In this document: positions 12,071 through 26,049 of the stretch, in pieces
Layout: each line of letters opens with the position of its first letter
Position numbering within the stretch: the first letter of the stretch is position 1
Assembly: GCF_009834535.1 (NCBI RefSeq)
Contig: NC_045696.1
Coordinates: forward strand, 95,916,001 to 95,980,000
DNA: 64,000 nt
Direction: 5' to 3'
DNA from: Camelus ferus
Lineage: Eukaryota
Notes under the pieces: model-generated
Database searches by the model: none
The model's input: the letters and a program-made list of their open reading frames with translations, nothing else
What the model was told of the DNA's origin: nothing
Program-made: the position numbers and the translations under genes

Positions 12071-14591
12071 GAATGAGGTCTAGGGTTCATTCTGGTTCCC
12101 AAAGGAAGACCACTATTTCTGAAATAGTTTGTATTGGAGACACACAGTCTTGTCATTGGAGAACAGAATAAGCAACATAAAGGAACGATAAGAGATTCCC
12201 AGGTTCAACTCATTTATTTTACTGGGAGAAAAAAAAAACAAAACAGAAATGTAGAGAAGTTACATAACTTGCCTGAGATCCAATAAGAACTGCTGGCAGA
12301 GTTTGGAAGTTCATCTCCATCATTCAATCCATGAGAGCTTATCATCCCACCGGCCTTTCTGCATGATTTCAAACATTACTTGTAGTTTCAAACTCCCCAC
12401 CCATTCTGGCTTGCATGCCATGGTTTTCTTTCACTCATCGTGGCACCTACGCAGCTCCTTACTCTAACATGTCAACTTAGCTTACACGTTTAACATCACC
12501 TCACGATCAGCTTCTCAGTGACCTAACTCCAGTTCTTGAAAGGACAAGAAATATGATCAGCATAAATTTAGTCCATAGTCCAGTTCTGGTCTAGACAGCT
12601 GTGGCCTGAAGGAGGGATACAACACAAGGTACCTTAGAGGCTGTGAATAAGAATACTATGTCTTCTAAGAGGCTGGTATGAGAGAGGACATAGATGCATG
12701 AGAAATGCATAGGCAGTTGTACAAAGACCAAAGTTCATACAGGCATGCACAGATAACACACACACAGACCCCATAATATCTTTGTTTTGAATTCATTTAG
12801 TCTGAGCTTCATTATTTGAGAAACATTTTTGGTTTACTATTTTGCCTTTTGTTTATCCTCTAGCCTGGCAAGAGTGCAAAGAAAACTTTAAAAACTGTAT
12901 AGCCCCATCTTGTCCAATGCATCCAATAATAAATAAACTTCATAAGAAGCATCTCACACAGGGGCTACCAGGTACCTAGTAAATGGATGTTCGATGGCAG
13001 GCCCACTCCCATAAAAACATTATTTTGCCTGTTGGTTCATGGCACAATTTTTTTAAATTGACTGTGGCAAGTTCATTGTCACTCATGGCTCAGCTAATTA
13101 AAACAGAATGGCACTAAAAACGAAGTCTGAAAGTACAAGTACTGAGTAAAACCCATTGAACCACAAGATGTAACTGCAAGTTTGGTTTGTTTGTTCATTT
13201 CCCTAGTTTGGTGTTCATAATACCTCCCAAATGTATGTGAATAAATAAGGGAAGTTTTTTTTTTTTTTTACTTAGTTACATAATGGAACCTTAGAAACCC
13301 AACTCACAGTTCCCTTAAAAAAGAAACAATCTCTGCAACATTGCACTCATAGTCTGTCTCCTATAGCTTAGCCAAAAAGCCTTAAACTCAATCTAGGCAT
13401 GTTTCTTAGGATTTGGAGTACAAGGCTTCTAAATAGTGTTATTAATGAGTCATTTTAAAATGTAGTGTGGTACAGACCACATAGAAGCCACTTAAATGTA
13501 ACTGCAAGAAAGAACTGTAATCAGAGAGCAGGCTGGAGGCAAAGCATAGCTGACACAGTTGAAGGTACTCTGCAGTAAAAGTCTCTTCTGATCTGTCAAG
13601 TTCATTCCTTCAACCTATTCCTCAATCTCTTTTTTTTTCCCCTGAGATGAAATCTACCCAGAATTTCTATTTGTTGCTGTTATCAATTTTTTATCGAAGT
13701 TTGTACAAGTAGGCTTTCTCTTTTGTCTTCAGATTTTCTTTAAAAAAAAAAAAAGGTCCCCCCAAGAAGCACTTTGGTCGCCTTTTTTGTTACAGTTTTT
13801 AACTTTGGTTGTCTTTTCTGTCAGTAATCTCCCTTATATCATCCCTTTCTGGAATTTAATGTCTGAAGCACTCAACATTCCAAAATTATTTCTTTACCAA
13901 TATTACATATACTTGTTATTTTTTTCCCTGTCTTCCTTCCTAAGTAGTCCCTGACTTTCCTTTTCTTTCCAAATATTTGTTGGAATACGTCTTTGTCCTA
14001 TTCTAGTAAAAACAAATTTTCATTTTTTCCAGATGATTTTCCATATGTACATATGTGCAAGCATTTGTGAAATAGTCCAAAAATCTAAAGTCCTAAACAA
14101 CATAATAATCAAAAGAAAAAGACTCCAAAGGTAATTTGCTGTGCATAAATGGTGGTAACAGCCTGTAGCTCCCTCACTGAAAGCTATCACAACATTAATT
14201 AGATCATTTTAAAATGCTAATTGTTATACTTTGGGTTAATTAATAAAATGTTGACCGAGTGTTTAAAATTTGTCAAAAAGATCAATGGACTCAAAGCAGT
14301 TAAGTGCTACCGGTCAGAAACAAAATTTCAAATTTCTCCAAGTATACCTCTGAGAGAGACCTGTTAATATAAAACACATTTCTGTGTAATACTTTTTACC
14401 TGAATATATACTAACTATTGTGAAACTCAAGCCTTCAATTAAATTGAAGTTTGATTATTTCATAATAGTTGTGCTTTCAAACAACTGCATTTTAGAACAT
14501 ATAATAGACTATCCCACAGTAAAGATAATAGTGTATATTCATTAAGAGTCCTTAATATGTGCACAGCACTGTTTTTTAGTGCTTTAAATAG

Positions 14592-15045
14592 TTGAAAGAG
14601 ACAATCCTTCATGAGTTTCTCATGCTCATATATGTCTTGCTAGGCATGGCAATAATGCAAGGCCTTAATAGCCCTTTACTCATGTCATCGCTCAGGACTG
14701 TATTTGCAACAAGTAACTCTGAGGAATGAGATAATGTCTCCCATTAGGATCAAGAGCAGATTGACTTACTGGCTGCTATGAAAGAGGTGGATTCCCCAAG
14801 CTTAGAGGTCCCTGGCTACAACACAAACCGACTGTAAGCATAACATCTATCTGGATCCTCTGCGTCACCCCCCGCCCCAGGACTTGGAGGTCAAGAGAAC
14901 TGATGCAAACCTGATAGTCATGCTGCTTGCTGAATAGTGAAGTCCTTTGTCTCTGACCCACAGCTGTTACACTTTTGCCAACATCCATGGAACAATAACA
15001 GTGTAATTTATTAGATTTTAAGTAGGGTGAAATCAAATTCCAGTC
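14592..15045 (+). mobile_element. Solo LTR (ERVL-like, family uncertain) inserted in a MIR (~14530-14590, ~15070-15260)
   Basis: LTR-like content with a poly(A)-region analogue (GCTGAATAGTGAAGTCCTTTGTCTCTGACCCA). MIR core TTTTACAGATAGGGAAACTAAGAC lies downstream. Confidence 0.5.
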
Positions 15046-18040
15046 CCTTATCTGTGTATGTATGTGTATAATGTAATCTCACAACAATTTGCAAGGTAAA
15101 CACTACTCTAGCCCCCCTTTTTACAGATAGGGAAACTAAGACACACTCAAGAAGTCCCATCATTCACCTACTGAATAGCTGATAAGGGTTGGAGCTAGGA
15201 TTTCAAGCCAGGCAGTTTGTTCCTAGAGTTCATGTTTTTAACCTCTATGCTTTGTTACCACTTTAGGAGATGTATTATTTCATTCTCCTTTTTTTTTTAA
15301 AAACACCTTTAATTCCTTCTCTTAGCACTACAAACTATACTAAAAATTTACTAAAATGTTTATCCTAAAGCAGTATACCCAGTGTAATGAAATACAATGA
15401 CATATTAGTACAGCCAAAATGTTTTTTCCCTGCCAAAATATTTCCCAAATTTTTGCATCTTTCATGAAACAGTAAATAAAAAGAATAATGAATGCATAGC
15501 AATAATTTTCCTCTCTCTAGACCTTCATGACCAATCTCATGCATTGTTCCAGGCCAAGCTCAAATGCCATTTCCCTAACAAGTCTTCCCTAAATAGCTGC
15601 ATATGCTCTCTCCTCCTTGTTATCATTTTATATCCAGCTATAACTTAGCACCTTTGCCCTTGCATTCTCCTTATCCAGTGTAGGTCATCCCCCCGTCTAG
15701 ATAGTCTATTCCCTAAAGGCAGCTTCTACTTACAATTCCCTTTTCTCCTTCACAACTTTGAGCATGATGCCTTGCAACTGTTAATAAGTACTGGTTAAGA
15801 AACCATCTTCTGTATCTGATTAAAAATGATTTTCAGTAATAAATTGAAATACGAAATTTTTCATGTTTTTTAACAAAGAATATTTGGAGCATCTTTGCTA
15901 TAATTGCCTGACAACAGAATTAATCTTTCCCCACTATAAATAAGTTGTAGGAAAATTTATTGAACTATTGTATCTTTCCTGATACATTATTCATATATAC
16001 ATATTTGCTTTAGTTGAATGTTCTGACATTTTGGGGGTGAGAAATGTATACTTTCATCATGTTTTCCCACTCAACAGCACATGATAGCCATCACAACGGA
16101 GATTTTATCACATCACATCTCTTTTGCCATTAGAGCCCACACCTGGCCTCCGTCTCCCCAGTTGCCTCCTCTCTCCAATCCATTCCACCACAGATGAATC
16201 TTCATAATATCCTACTTTCTCTACACTGTGATTCTACTCAGAAACCTTCAGTGACTCTCCATTGATCATAATATAAATCAGAATTCCTTGAGAGCTTGGC
16301 ACTCAAGTGCAAATTTAATCCAATATTCCTGATGACACCTATTGCCTGCTTCTTTACTATATGAAAGCATTACTTCAATCAGATTGACCTACTCCTATCT
16401 CACAAGTCTCCTTTGCATTTCTCTGCTTCTTTTTCCATCCATGGGATGGAATACACTTCCTTTTCTATACATCTAAATCTTACATACTCTTCAAAAGCAA
16501 AATGTAAGCCATCTTGGCCATGATGCTTTTCTTAACACTATGGTCAGGAATACTGCCTCCATTCTCACGTTTTCCTCTGTGGTGCCATGCCAGATTTACT
16601 TTATTGCATGTTATCCTTTTTACTTGAGGTGTGATTGTGATGTATATTGAAATGTCTGCACTCCACTGAATGTTGTCTTTTAAAGGTTCCCCTCAGGGAC
16701 TATTCCAATAATGCTCACATGGGTTCAAATATTTCAAGGGCTCTTTTCCAGTAATAGCAGCCCCAGCTGCTCTAGGAAGTCAACCACTTTATTTTATAAG
16801 TTCTTCTGATTTTTATAAAAGAAAAAAATGACCCAACTTGATCATTCATCCTCTCGCAAAATCAGCTTCCAAAGTTTTTTTTTATTGTTTCTTTTAAAAA
16901 AGTATCTTCCTTCAGAGGGAAAAGGTTGACTACAATTGAGGACATTCTTAAAAAGTACATCATGGATTCTAAAAACATATATTCCTTGTCATGATTAAAA
17001 AAGAAAATCCTTCCCTTAGATTAATTGATAAAGGAATAACTAGGGTCAGTTCTATTGCCATTTACTTTAGGAACTAGAAGTTCAAATCACCCTGGAGTCC
17101 TGTAGGGTTTATTTGCATCACTTTTGGCAATGACTTAAGCAGTGGTTTTCCCATTAAAAAACCTTTTTCCCAACTGGCATGGCGTGAAAAGGTGAAATAT
17201 TTTGTCATATTTCAGACTGAGCAATAATAATAGGAGAGCACACTCTACTGTCTGAAATTGCAGACAAATGTGCTTGCAAGTCCTTCTTCTGTGGCCAAAA
17301 GAGCAATGGAGATTTTTACTATGGAAGGACTGGCCATGAATTTCCTCAGTATTTCTGCCATTTCTAAAGGCAACACAAGGGTTCTGTGGTCAGCTGGGTT
17401 AAATATATTAACATTATACATCTGTGTATATGTGTTTGTAAAGTCACTGTCAAATACATCTTCAGACGGAATATTAATGACAGTACATCTGCATTAAATA
17501 AAACCTAACTCCACTGCCTCTCTCAGAAGGTCTGTGGGAAGATAATATGCGTCTACAGCCATTTCCATTTGGTTTCATTTGTGGAAACCAAGTCTTTTCC
17601 AGCTTTTAGCTGATCTCTAACTCTACAGAAGCCAAAAGTGCAATAAGCTAAGAAGACTTTTAGAAAGAGCTCACTGAATTTCCCATCAAATTTTACTGAA
17701 TAAAATCTAGCAAAAATTCTTTTTGATTATTTCTGATTTTCCAAAGAAAATGTGTTAATTTTACCCATCATTTCTTTTTTATCAATTTATTTAAGTAACC
17801 CTAAAAAAGCTTTAATGACTTTTATTATAATTCCTGCATCTTACATTCCCAGTATATTATTAATATAAAGAAATTATAATAAAATTTAAAAAGTAATTTT
17901 TAAATTATTGCTTAAAAATCATTTTTAAAATGCACACTTTTGCACTTTGTTTTATTTTGAAATGCTTTTGTTCATAGCATGCTATCACTCTCTGTCCCCT
18001 TACCGTATTTTGTTTTTTCTTCATTACGCTTAACCTGATC

Positions 18041-18043
<3 letters not shown>

Positions 18044-18073
<30 letters not shown>

Positions 18074-18416
18074 TTGAAGTATAGTCAGTTTACAATGTTG
18101 TGTCAGTTTCTGGTATACAGCATAATAGTTCAGTCATACACATACATACATATATTTGTTTTCATATCCTTTTTCATTATAGTTTACTACAAGATACTGA
18201 ATATAGTTCCCTGTACTATACAGTATAAACACATTGTTTATCTGTTTTATATATAGTAGTTAGTATCTGCAGATCTCGAACTCCCAATTTATCTCTTCCC
18301 ACCCCCTTCCCCCCTTGGTAGCTGTAAGTTTGTTTTCTGTCTGTGAGTCTGTTTCTGTTTTGTAGATAAGTTCATTTGTCTTTTTTTTAGATTCCACATA
18401 TAAGTGATATAAGTGA
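18044..18416 (-). mobile_element. Short 5'-truncated lineage-specific L1 3'UTR inserted into an L2 fragment
   Basis: Reverse complement of the 2770-3100 3'UTR. TSD TTAACCTGAT(C/T)TTA at 18030-18043 and 18417-18430. Confidence 0.9.
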
Positions 18417-20765
18417 TTAACCTGATTTTATATTATATATTCTTTGGTTTATCTGCTTATAGTTATCAGTTTCTCTTCTTACTAGGATATAAGCCCCATA
18501 AGGGCAGGGAGTTTATCTTACTCATTATATTTCTAGCAATGCATGTAGCTCCTCAGTAAACACTTACTAAATGCACGGATGATTTACTTAATTTACGGTA
18601 AGTCCTAACTGACGTCAATTTGTACACCATATCAGAAACTGGGCTATAACCTTATAACAAGGACTCATATGTGGGAGTCCCTGAATTTACATGGCAGCGT
18701 TTGTATATATGCACATGATTTTCTTACAATTCTCTGACTAGCTCATAAACCCCCGAAAGACAGAGGCTTGTTGCTACAGGGGAAAAAAGTGAAAGTATCA
18801 ACTATGCCAGGAAACATCTGGAATTGAGACAATGTGGAGAACGAGCCATAGGGGCTACAGGACATAGTAAAGAGCACTGTTGCACCCTGTTCTGAATCCT
18901 CCCCAGTGACGTTTTCCTGGAGGTTCAGGATCATTAGGGAAAACACCATCATCATGAAGACCCATAGAAGTGAATTTTAAAATCCTAGAGCATGGTTTTA
19001 CATGCTCAAACGAGTTCCCTTCATTTGTCTATCTCTGACACGTGCATCTACCTGAAACACAGAAAATAGCTGATACATTATGATCTGAAACCACAAATCC
19101 TCAACTTTTAGAATCTCCAAAATTAGTTTACATTAACTGTTCATCTATTTCATACTATAGTATAATTCTTGTAGTATTTTCTGAGACTTTTGACCTTATG
19201 TCTTTAAAGGTTGAAATTTATGTAGGCCAGTATGCTACAGGAGGAGTTTGGGCAAATGTTAACAAGAAACATAATTTATAAAATATCAATTTGAAAATAA
19301 ATCTGTAATCCTACATAAGCAATAAAAACTGGGGCGGGGGGCAAAAACAGCCTGATTCAACTCCCAAAAAACAAATTACCCATTCAAGTAGTACAAGTAG
19401 TTAAAGTTAGCTCTTCTTTCTAAGCAAATTAAAGCATCACCATAGTTTAATTACCAGACCAAAAAATATACATTCTCAACAAGAATCCAAACTTACATAT
19501 TAGTTCATAAGGCAAGATGATACTAATTCAGTACAACCGCAAAAACAGTATGGCTTTCAGAGGTAAATTCTCTACTTGTGGTTTAGGAGAAAATTCTGAC
19601 CTGAATCTCCTGAATGTGGAGCTTCTTGAATGCAGTAGGAACCATGTTTCATTCATCTTTTTACACCCTCATTGTCTAGGACTTAGAGGAGCTTCATGGA
19701 TATTGAATTAATGAGTGAATGCTCATAAGTCATGAGATTTTCTTCTATTCCAACACACTGTTTAAACAAATTCCCTCAATTATTTCTTACTAAATTAAAA
19801 GAAACGCTATAAAGTAGGATAGAGTGGAACTTATAAGTATGTTGGCACTTTTTCCTTCCCAATGGATTGATGTCATTTTAATTCAGTTAACTACCCCTAA
19901 CTTTAAGTGACCTCAGTGCATGCTGAACCCTTGCTCAGGGAAGAATAGGGCCTGATTTTTTCAAGTGTTATCTCATTTCCTTTGCCAATAGTTTCACTGG
20001 GTTTACTTCTTTTTGTTTGTTTTCTCCCCTTTACCTTATAATGTCATTTCATTGCATATTTGGGCTAGCAACAGAAACCCCTCAAGTCAGCTTTAAAGAA
20101 CAAGGACATCTTTTGTTTCACTGGCAGCCGTCATGCTTGGTTGATTAATCAATTTAACAGTGTTATCAATGACCCAGAATTTGCATCTTTCCACAGGGAA
20201 ATCATCAATGTCAGCTTAGCAAGATATCCAGGGTAGTTACAAATGCTACATTCAAGCATGACCCTTTCAAGAGGAGATAAGAATAGTCTGAAGAGAAACT
20301 TTTCCCAGATTACCAACTGGGGGCTTATCCTTATATTTCACTGGCCCTGATTAAGTGATATTTTTTATCTAATTACATGCTCCATCTTCATCTTCTCCTG
20401 GTTGTAACACTTTTTTCCCCCTTCTCTTGTAAGTTTTGTTTCCTCAAAAAAACTTTGTTATCTTAGTCCTAATTAGTAAAATGATAGCACTTAGCCTTGA
20501 AATTACAGACCTTTAGACCTTTCTAACGTTTGTGAAGAAATACCAGCAAGGTTAAAAATAATATATATATATATTACATATATATATATATAAATAATAA
20601 TAACATATATATACTCTTTTACTGAAGCTATAGAAAAGTAGCTATTATTTTGCATTATAATGTCCATCTTAAAGTTAATTCTAATAAAGAAATTTTATAA
20701 AATAGCTGAACTTCAGCAACGGTTACATATTATTAAAGATAACCTTTAACCTTTAAAGTATTTGT

Positions 20766-21018
20766 TATGCTCCCAACCCCAACAGAAAGTCAAAGGCAAT
20801 GACTGACTGACAAAGGACAAAAAAGGCTGGCACCCTTGGCAAAATTTGGGCCAACTCTGTGATACAATTTTCAATTCCAGAGTTCCCCATGGGATGAAGC
20901 TAAAGCTAGCCTCCACCTACAACCACATCTTAGCTCAGCTTTTCTCTGCCATATCCTGATTCCTTTACTCTCTTTCTTCCAAAGAACTCCAGAACTGTGT
21001 GCATCCAAATCCCTGTCT
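20766..21018 (+). repeat. Partial LTR16-like copy; local direct duplicate of 22106-22360
   Basis: Collinear match to 22106-22360, including AAAAAGGCTGGCACCCTTGGCAAAATTTGG and GTGCATCCAAATCCCTG. Confidence 0.85.
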
Positions 21019-21545
21019 GACTGATTCGCTTATTTCGTAGCTTATTGTCCTGATAATGGTGTTAGATTGACAGCATTGTTCTCTAGAATGTATAAAGGTT
21101 TGTGAGTTTGTTAGGCCACAAAAGGTTGATAGACACTTTCTTCTTCTCCCAAATACATGGAGCTAAAAACAAACAAAAAGATATGTATCTGGATATCTGA
21201 TTTAGGAGAGAGAAAGAGAAACTATTTCTAGACAAACAAAAATTGAGAGAATTTATCAACAGCGGACCCAAAATAAAATAAATAATAAAAGGAATTCTTC
21301 AGACAGAAGAAAAATCATTCTAGAAGGAACAGGGAAATGCAGAAGGAATGGAGACCAATGGAAAGAGAGATAAAAATGGGGGCAACTATAAATGAATATT
21401 GATCATGTAAAAAGATAGCAATGATATTTATGGGGTTTACAATAATAAATTAAAAATGCAACAATAACAAATATGAGAGGCTAAAAGGATTGTAAGGTTG
21501 TAGTATTGTGTAGAAAGTAATAAAAGTGCCAGTTTATATCAGACA

Positions 21546-21827
21546 CAGTTGTTGCATTGAAATATAATGCAAGTCACTTACATAATTTAAAATTTTCTAG
21601 TAGTCATGTTAATAAAATGTAAAATTAAATAGGTAACATCAATTTTAATGTATTGCATCTAACCAAAAATTTCAACTTTCAAAACATCAGTGAGTTATTT
21701 TATGTATGTTTTTGTACCAAACCTTCAGTATTCAGTATTTTATACTTACAGCAAATCTCAACTCAAACTAGCCACATTTTAAGTGCTCAATTGCCACATT
21801 TACTGGCTACTATGTTGGACAAAACAG
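21546..21827. mobile_element. MER33-like hAT-Charlie MITE
   Basis: GAAATATAATGCAAGTCAC...TTTAAAATTTTCTAGTAG and ACTAGCCACATTTTAAGTGCTCAAT.GCCACAT...GGCTACTATGTTGGACA. Confidence 0.8.
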
Positions 21828-21964
21828 TATTAGAACCTAATAAGTCAAGGAAATATCTTGCAGTCTTTACAGTAATCACCAAAAGTACTAAAAGTAGGAG
21901 AATATATTGTCTTCAAGTGTGAAAATGGGAAAAATGGTATATTAAATAAAATTAGTAGAGTAAT

Positions 21965-22391
21965 AAATAGTGATGGTGCCCTGTCCAGATCCCCTTTAGC
22001 TGGCCAGTGCACCTGTACACCAACTGAGTATTTGCTAGTAATGGCTCACAGCTTCCCTTATCTGAATTGCCCTTAATCAAAGAGGAACCAGCTCCCCCTT
22101 CAGGATATGCTCCCAACCCCAAGAGAAAGTCAAAGGAAATGACTAAGTGACACAGGGTGAAAAAGGCTGGCACCCTTGGCAAAATTTGGACCAACTCTCT
22201 GGTACAGTTTTAAATTCCAAAGTTCCCCATGGGGTTAAGCTAAAGCTAGATTCCACCTGCAACCACTTCTTAGCTTAGCTCTTCCCTGCCTTATCCTACC
22301 TCCTTTACTCCCTTTCTTCCAAAAGCACTCCAAATCCTTGTGCATCCAAATCCCTGCCTCAGGCTGTTTCTAGAGAACCTAACCTAAGACT
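21965..22391 (+). mobile_element. LTR16-like ERVL solo LTR
   Basis: GGTGCCCTGTCCAGATCCCCTT near the start; CTCAGGCT..TTCTAGAGAACCTAACCTAAGAC at the end. Confidence 0.75.
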
Positions 22392-25300
22392 TTCATTGAT
22401 CCAAAAGGAAGTAAAAAGGAGAGAAAAAGGAGCATAAAACAAGTAAGACAAATAAAACAAGTATTAATAATATAGTAGCTATAAACCCAAGAATATCAGC
22501 AAATAAATTCAAATGTAAATGGTCTGAATATTCTAATTAAAAGATAAAGGTTATCAAATGATAAAAAAAAAATTTTTTTAAGAAAGCCAAAATATATACT
22601 CTGATATATAAGAGGACCTAGGGAGATATACTATACAAACGCTTACCCCAAAAAAGCTGGTTTTGCTATACTAATGACACCTAAGATCTACTTTAAGGCA
22701 AGAAGTATTCCTAGGGATGAAAGAAATCTTTCATAATAATAGAAGGGTCTATCCTTCTATATGTAAAAGGAAGATAAAAAATTCTATTGAATAGACCTAA
22801 TATAGCTTCACAATATGTAAAGCAAAAATTGACAGTTTAAAAAAGAAGACTATACCAATCTACAATCTAAAGAGGGAGAATTTAACACATCTTTTGGACA
22901 ATTGATAAAAACAAATATCCAGAAAACTAGTAAGGCTATAAGTAATCTTAGCAACACTATTATCAAAATAAAAACATTTGTTAGATGCACCAAAGAATGA
23001 CAGCATACACAATTTTGGCAAGTGTATATGGAACATTTTCAAAAATAGACATATTTTGGGCCAAAAAGTCAAACTCAATAAATTTAAAAGGACTCCAACA
23101 ATTCAAATGTATTATTTGAACATAATGGAATAAAGGTAGAAATCAATAACTAAAAGATAAATAAGATCCTCAAATGTCTAGAAATTAAGCATGATTAAAA
23201 AGTCAAAAGATGAAATTATATGTATATTAAAATATTTGAGCTGAATAATATCTAAAATGTAATATTTTGAGACATAATTTAGCTATCACTGTGCTTGAAG
23301 GGAAATTTATAAAAAATTCATATATTAGAAAAGCAAAAAGCCTGAAAATCAATTGTTTATGTGTTAATCTCAGTAAGTATGAAAAAGATGTCAAATTAAA
23401 CCCAAGAAAAAGTATAAAAGGAAAAATAATAGTAAGAAATAATAAAAATAATAAACAATAAAAAGACAAAAATAAATGAAATAGGAAATACACATGCAAG
23501 AGAAAAATCAATAAGTCAAAAAATTGATTATTTGGAAAGACCAATGAATTGTTACTGTTCTAGCAAGACTAAATAGTGAAAAGTAAAGAAGCCACAAATA
23601 ACATATATCAAGAATGAAACAGGAAACATTACTATGGTCTCAAGATGTAGAAAAACATTTGATAAAGTGTAAGACCACAGGGGAGAAAAAATAAACCTCT
23701 AGGCAAACTAGGAATAAAAGAGCTTTCTTTAGCAAAACAGATTTAGTGAAAAATGCAAATTAATAAAAGAAGGGAATCACCTTAAACTGACAAAGAATAT
23801 GTATTAAAAACTATCACAAAAATCATACTTAAGTGTGAAATATTGAAAACTTCCCCCTGACTTTGGGAATGGATGAGAAAGTGTGCCCACTATTTGTATT
23901 CAACATTGCACTGCAAATCATATCTAGGATGATAAGGACAAATGGTTGATTGACTGACTGATTGATTGATTGATTGATAGCATCAACAGTTGAATGGATG
24001 AATAAATGGTGATATATCCCTACAATGGAATACTATGCTGAAATGAAAACTAAAAACCTATTGCTGCACAAAACAGCATGAATCAATCTCACAAACATGG
24101 CAATGAGCTAAAGAAGTGAGGCACAGAAAGGTATATACTATATAAGCCTATTTATATAAAGGTCAAAATTTTGTAAAAATAAATTGATGGTAATAAATAA
24201 GTGAGAATAATAGTTAATTTGGTGGCAAAAATCATGGGGAAGGAGACAAATAGGACTTCTGGGAAACTGGATTAGTATTCTCTTTTTTGATCTGACATTG
24301 TTTACATGGGTTTACACTTACAATTTGTGCTCTTTCTGTCTCTTTGTCTGTCTCTGATATTTTCAATAAAATATTAATTTAAAAATAAAAATGTATGATA
24401 ACTATTAGGTGTCCTTGGGTATTTCTGGAAGCCTATGAAAATATGTTTGTTACAAAAGGCAGATTAGATTTTATGAGACAATCTATTATTGAATTATTAT
24501 TTGTTCTACCTACCTTTTAGAAATATATTTTAGAAACAACATTTTGTGTTGATCATAACAATGACTATATTGTACAAATGCAGTCACCATTTAATAATAA
24601 CTGAAATACAGAGAATTGAGAAAGGTTATAAACTTGGCCTAAAATTACTTTAGATAACCTTTTAAGTTTCCATTATTGCTTCTCACACTAGGAGTCTCAT
24701 CTTCAAAATGTTCTGGAAAGGATTTTTTTCAAGCAGTGAGAAGAAAAGATGTGAAATTTAGATCCATTACTTGGTGGAGGCAACAGAAATCTTTGGAGTG
24801 TGAATAAGGTGAGCTAAGGAACCCCAGGAACCCCATTCAACTAAAAGAAACGCCAGCACTGTTTTAATAATCTCATTTTACTTTTTTAATGCAGCTCCCT
24901 CTATAGTAATGTATAATATTATATAAATTATAGATGTACAATATATTGATTCACATTTTTTAAAGAATATATACCAAAAAGCACAATGAAACAACAGTCC
25001 TCCAGACAGTATTTAGTTGTGACAGTGAGCATGAAAAGAAATTGTGTTCTTAAAACATCTCTCTATTTTTCTATTTTGATGGAGATCATTGTAGGTTATG
25101 AGAAGTCTGTGGAGGCTTGTGGGATGAATAGAAAATGTGAGAACTGCTGAGTTCTGTTGAAGCAGTTAGGGTCTAAGTTGAATGGGGTTTCTGATCTACC
25201 ACATTACATCACTTCTGGGTGTATCAAATTCATATTTACTAAGCACCACAGAATTTTTGTGGCAGACTTCTTTTGCCCATAGTCTAACACGGAAACATGA

Positions 25301-25472
25301 AAACTGAGTTAAATGTTTGGTTTAAACTCAAAGCATAATAGTTCATTTCTATGTACAGAAGAAAACTCATGAACATGCATAGGAAAATATGAACTTTTTA
25401 AAACAAATGTTTCTATCCAAAACATGAAAAATTGTATAATAAAATAGTCTTTCTGCTTTAATAGAAGGCTTT

Positions 25473-25530
25473 TCCTCTCCTCCCTTTCTTCTCTCTCTCC
25501 TCCTCCTTCTCTATCTCTCTGTCTCTTTCT

Positions 25531-25576
<46 letters not shown>
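25473..25576. repeat. Imperfect (TC)n followed by (CA)n microsatellite
   Basis: Directly visible. Confidence 0.95.
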
Positions 25577-26049
25577 AGAAAAAAATAAACCCTGATTTTA
25601 AAAAAATTTTAAATTTTTTAAATGGAATTTAGATGACATGGGAAGACAGTAGATAAATGATACCATAAATTTAGAGAGCACTACTGGAAAAATGTCTGGT
25701 ATAAACAAATGGAGACTGCTGCAATGGATCAAATTGGGCAATATAGCTCTTTCTTCGCTAAAGCATGAAAGATATCAGAGCGGGAAAATCAGAATGACCT
25801 CCTTGGAAATTGTACCACAGTGAAAATCATCTATAAGTATTCACACAATAAGACAAAAATTTTAGACAGAATTTTTTTTTAATGTTAAAACTTCTGGAGG
25901 TTTTTTGTTGGATGGTTAGTTGTTGGCTGAATAAGTGCTATTATAAATAATAGTTCTGAGTCACAACAAACTTTGACAGGCTTCCCCAATTATCAAATAT
26001 TAAAATGATTTCAGTAAACATTTACACATTGTATACACAGAGCACATTG

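Larger units (their letters stand above)
21150..24390 (+). mobile_element. Ancient fragmented L1 (L1M/L1ME; ORF1 end to 3'UTR) interrupted by MER33 and LTR16
   Basis: A-rich degenerate ORF2 motifs: AAATGTAAATGGTCTGAATATTCTAATTAAAAGA, GTAGAAAAACATTTGATAAA, TACAATGGAATACTAT. Confidence 0.7.

Noticed and set aside
17279..17333. Inverted repeat AGTCCTTC...GAAGGACT as a miRNA or snoRNA-like hairpin
   Set aside because: Only about 8 bp of clean pairing with an irregular interior and no family motifs I can support.
20766..22391. Paired LTRs of a provirus
   Set aside because: The left copy lacks LTR ends and the spacer is L1 plus MER33, not gag/pol/env.
25309..25575. RE-repeat ORF (and HT-repeat ORFs at 55426-55692)
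   Set aside because: Translations of dinucleotide microsatellites.
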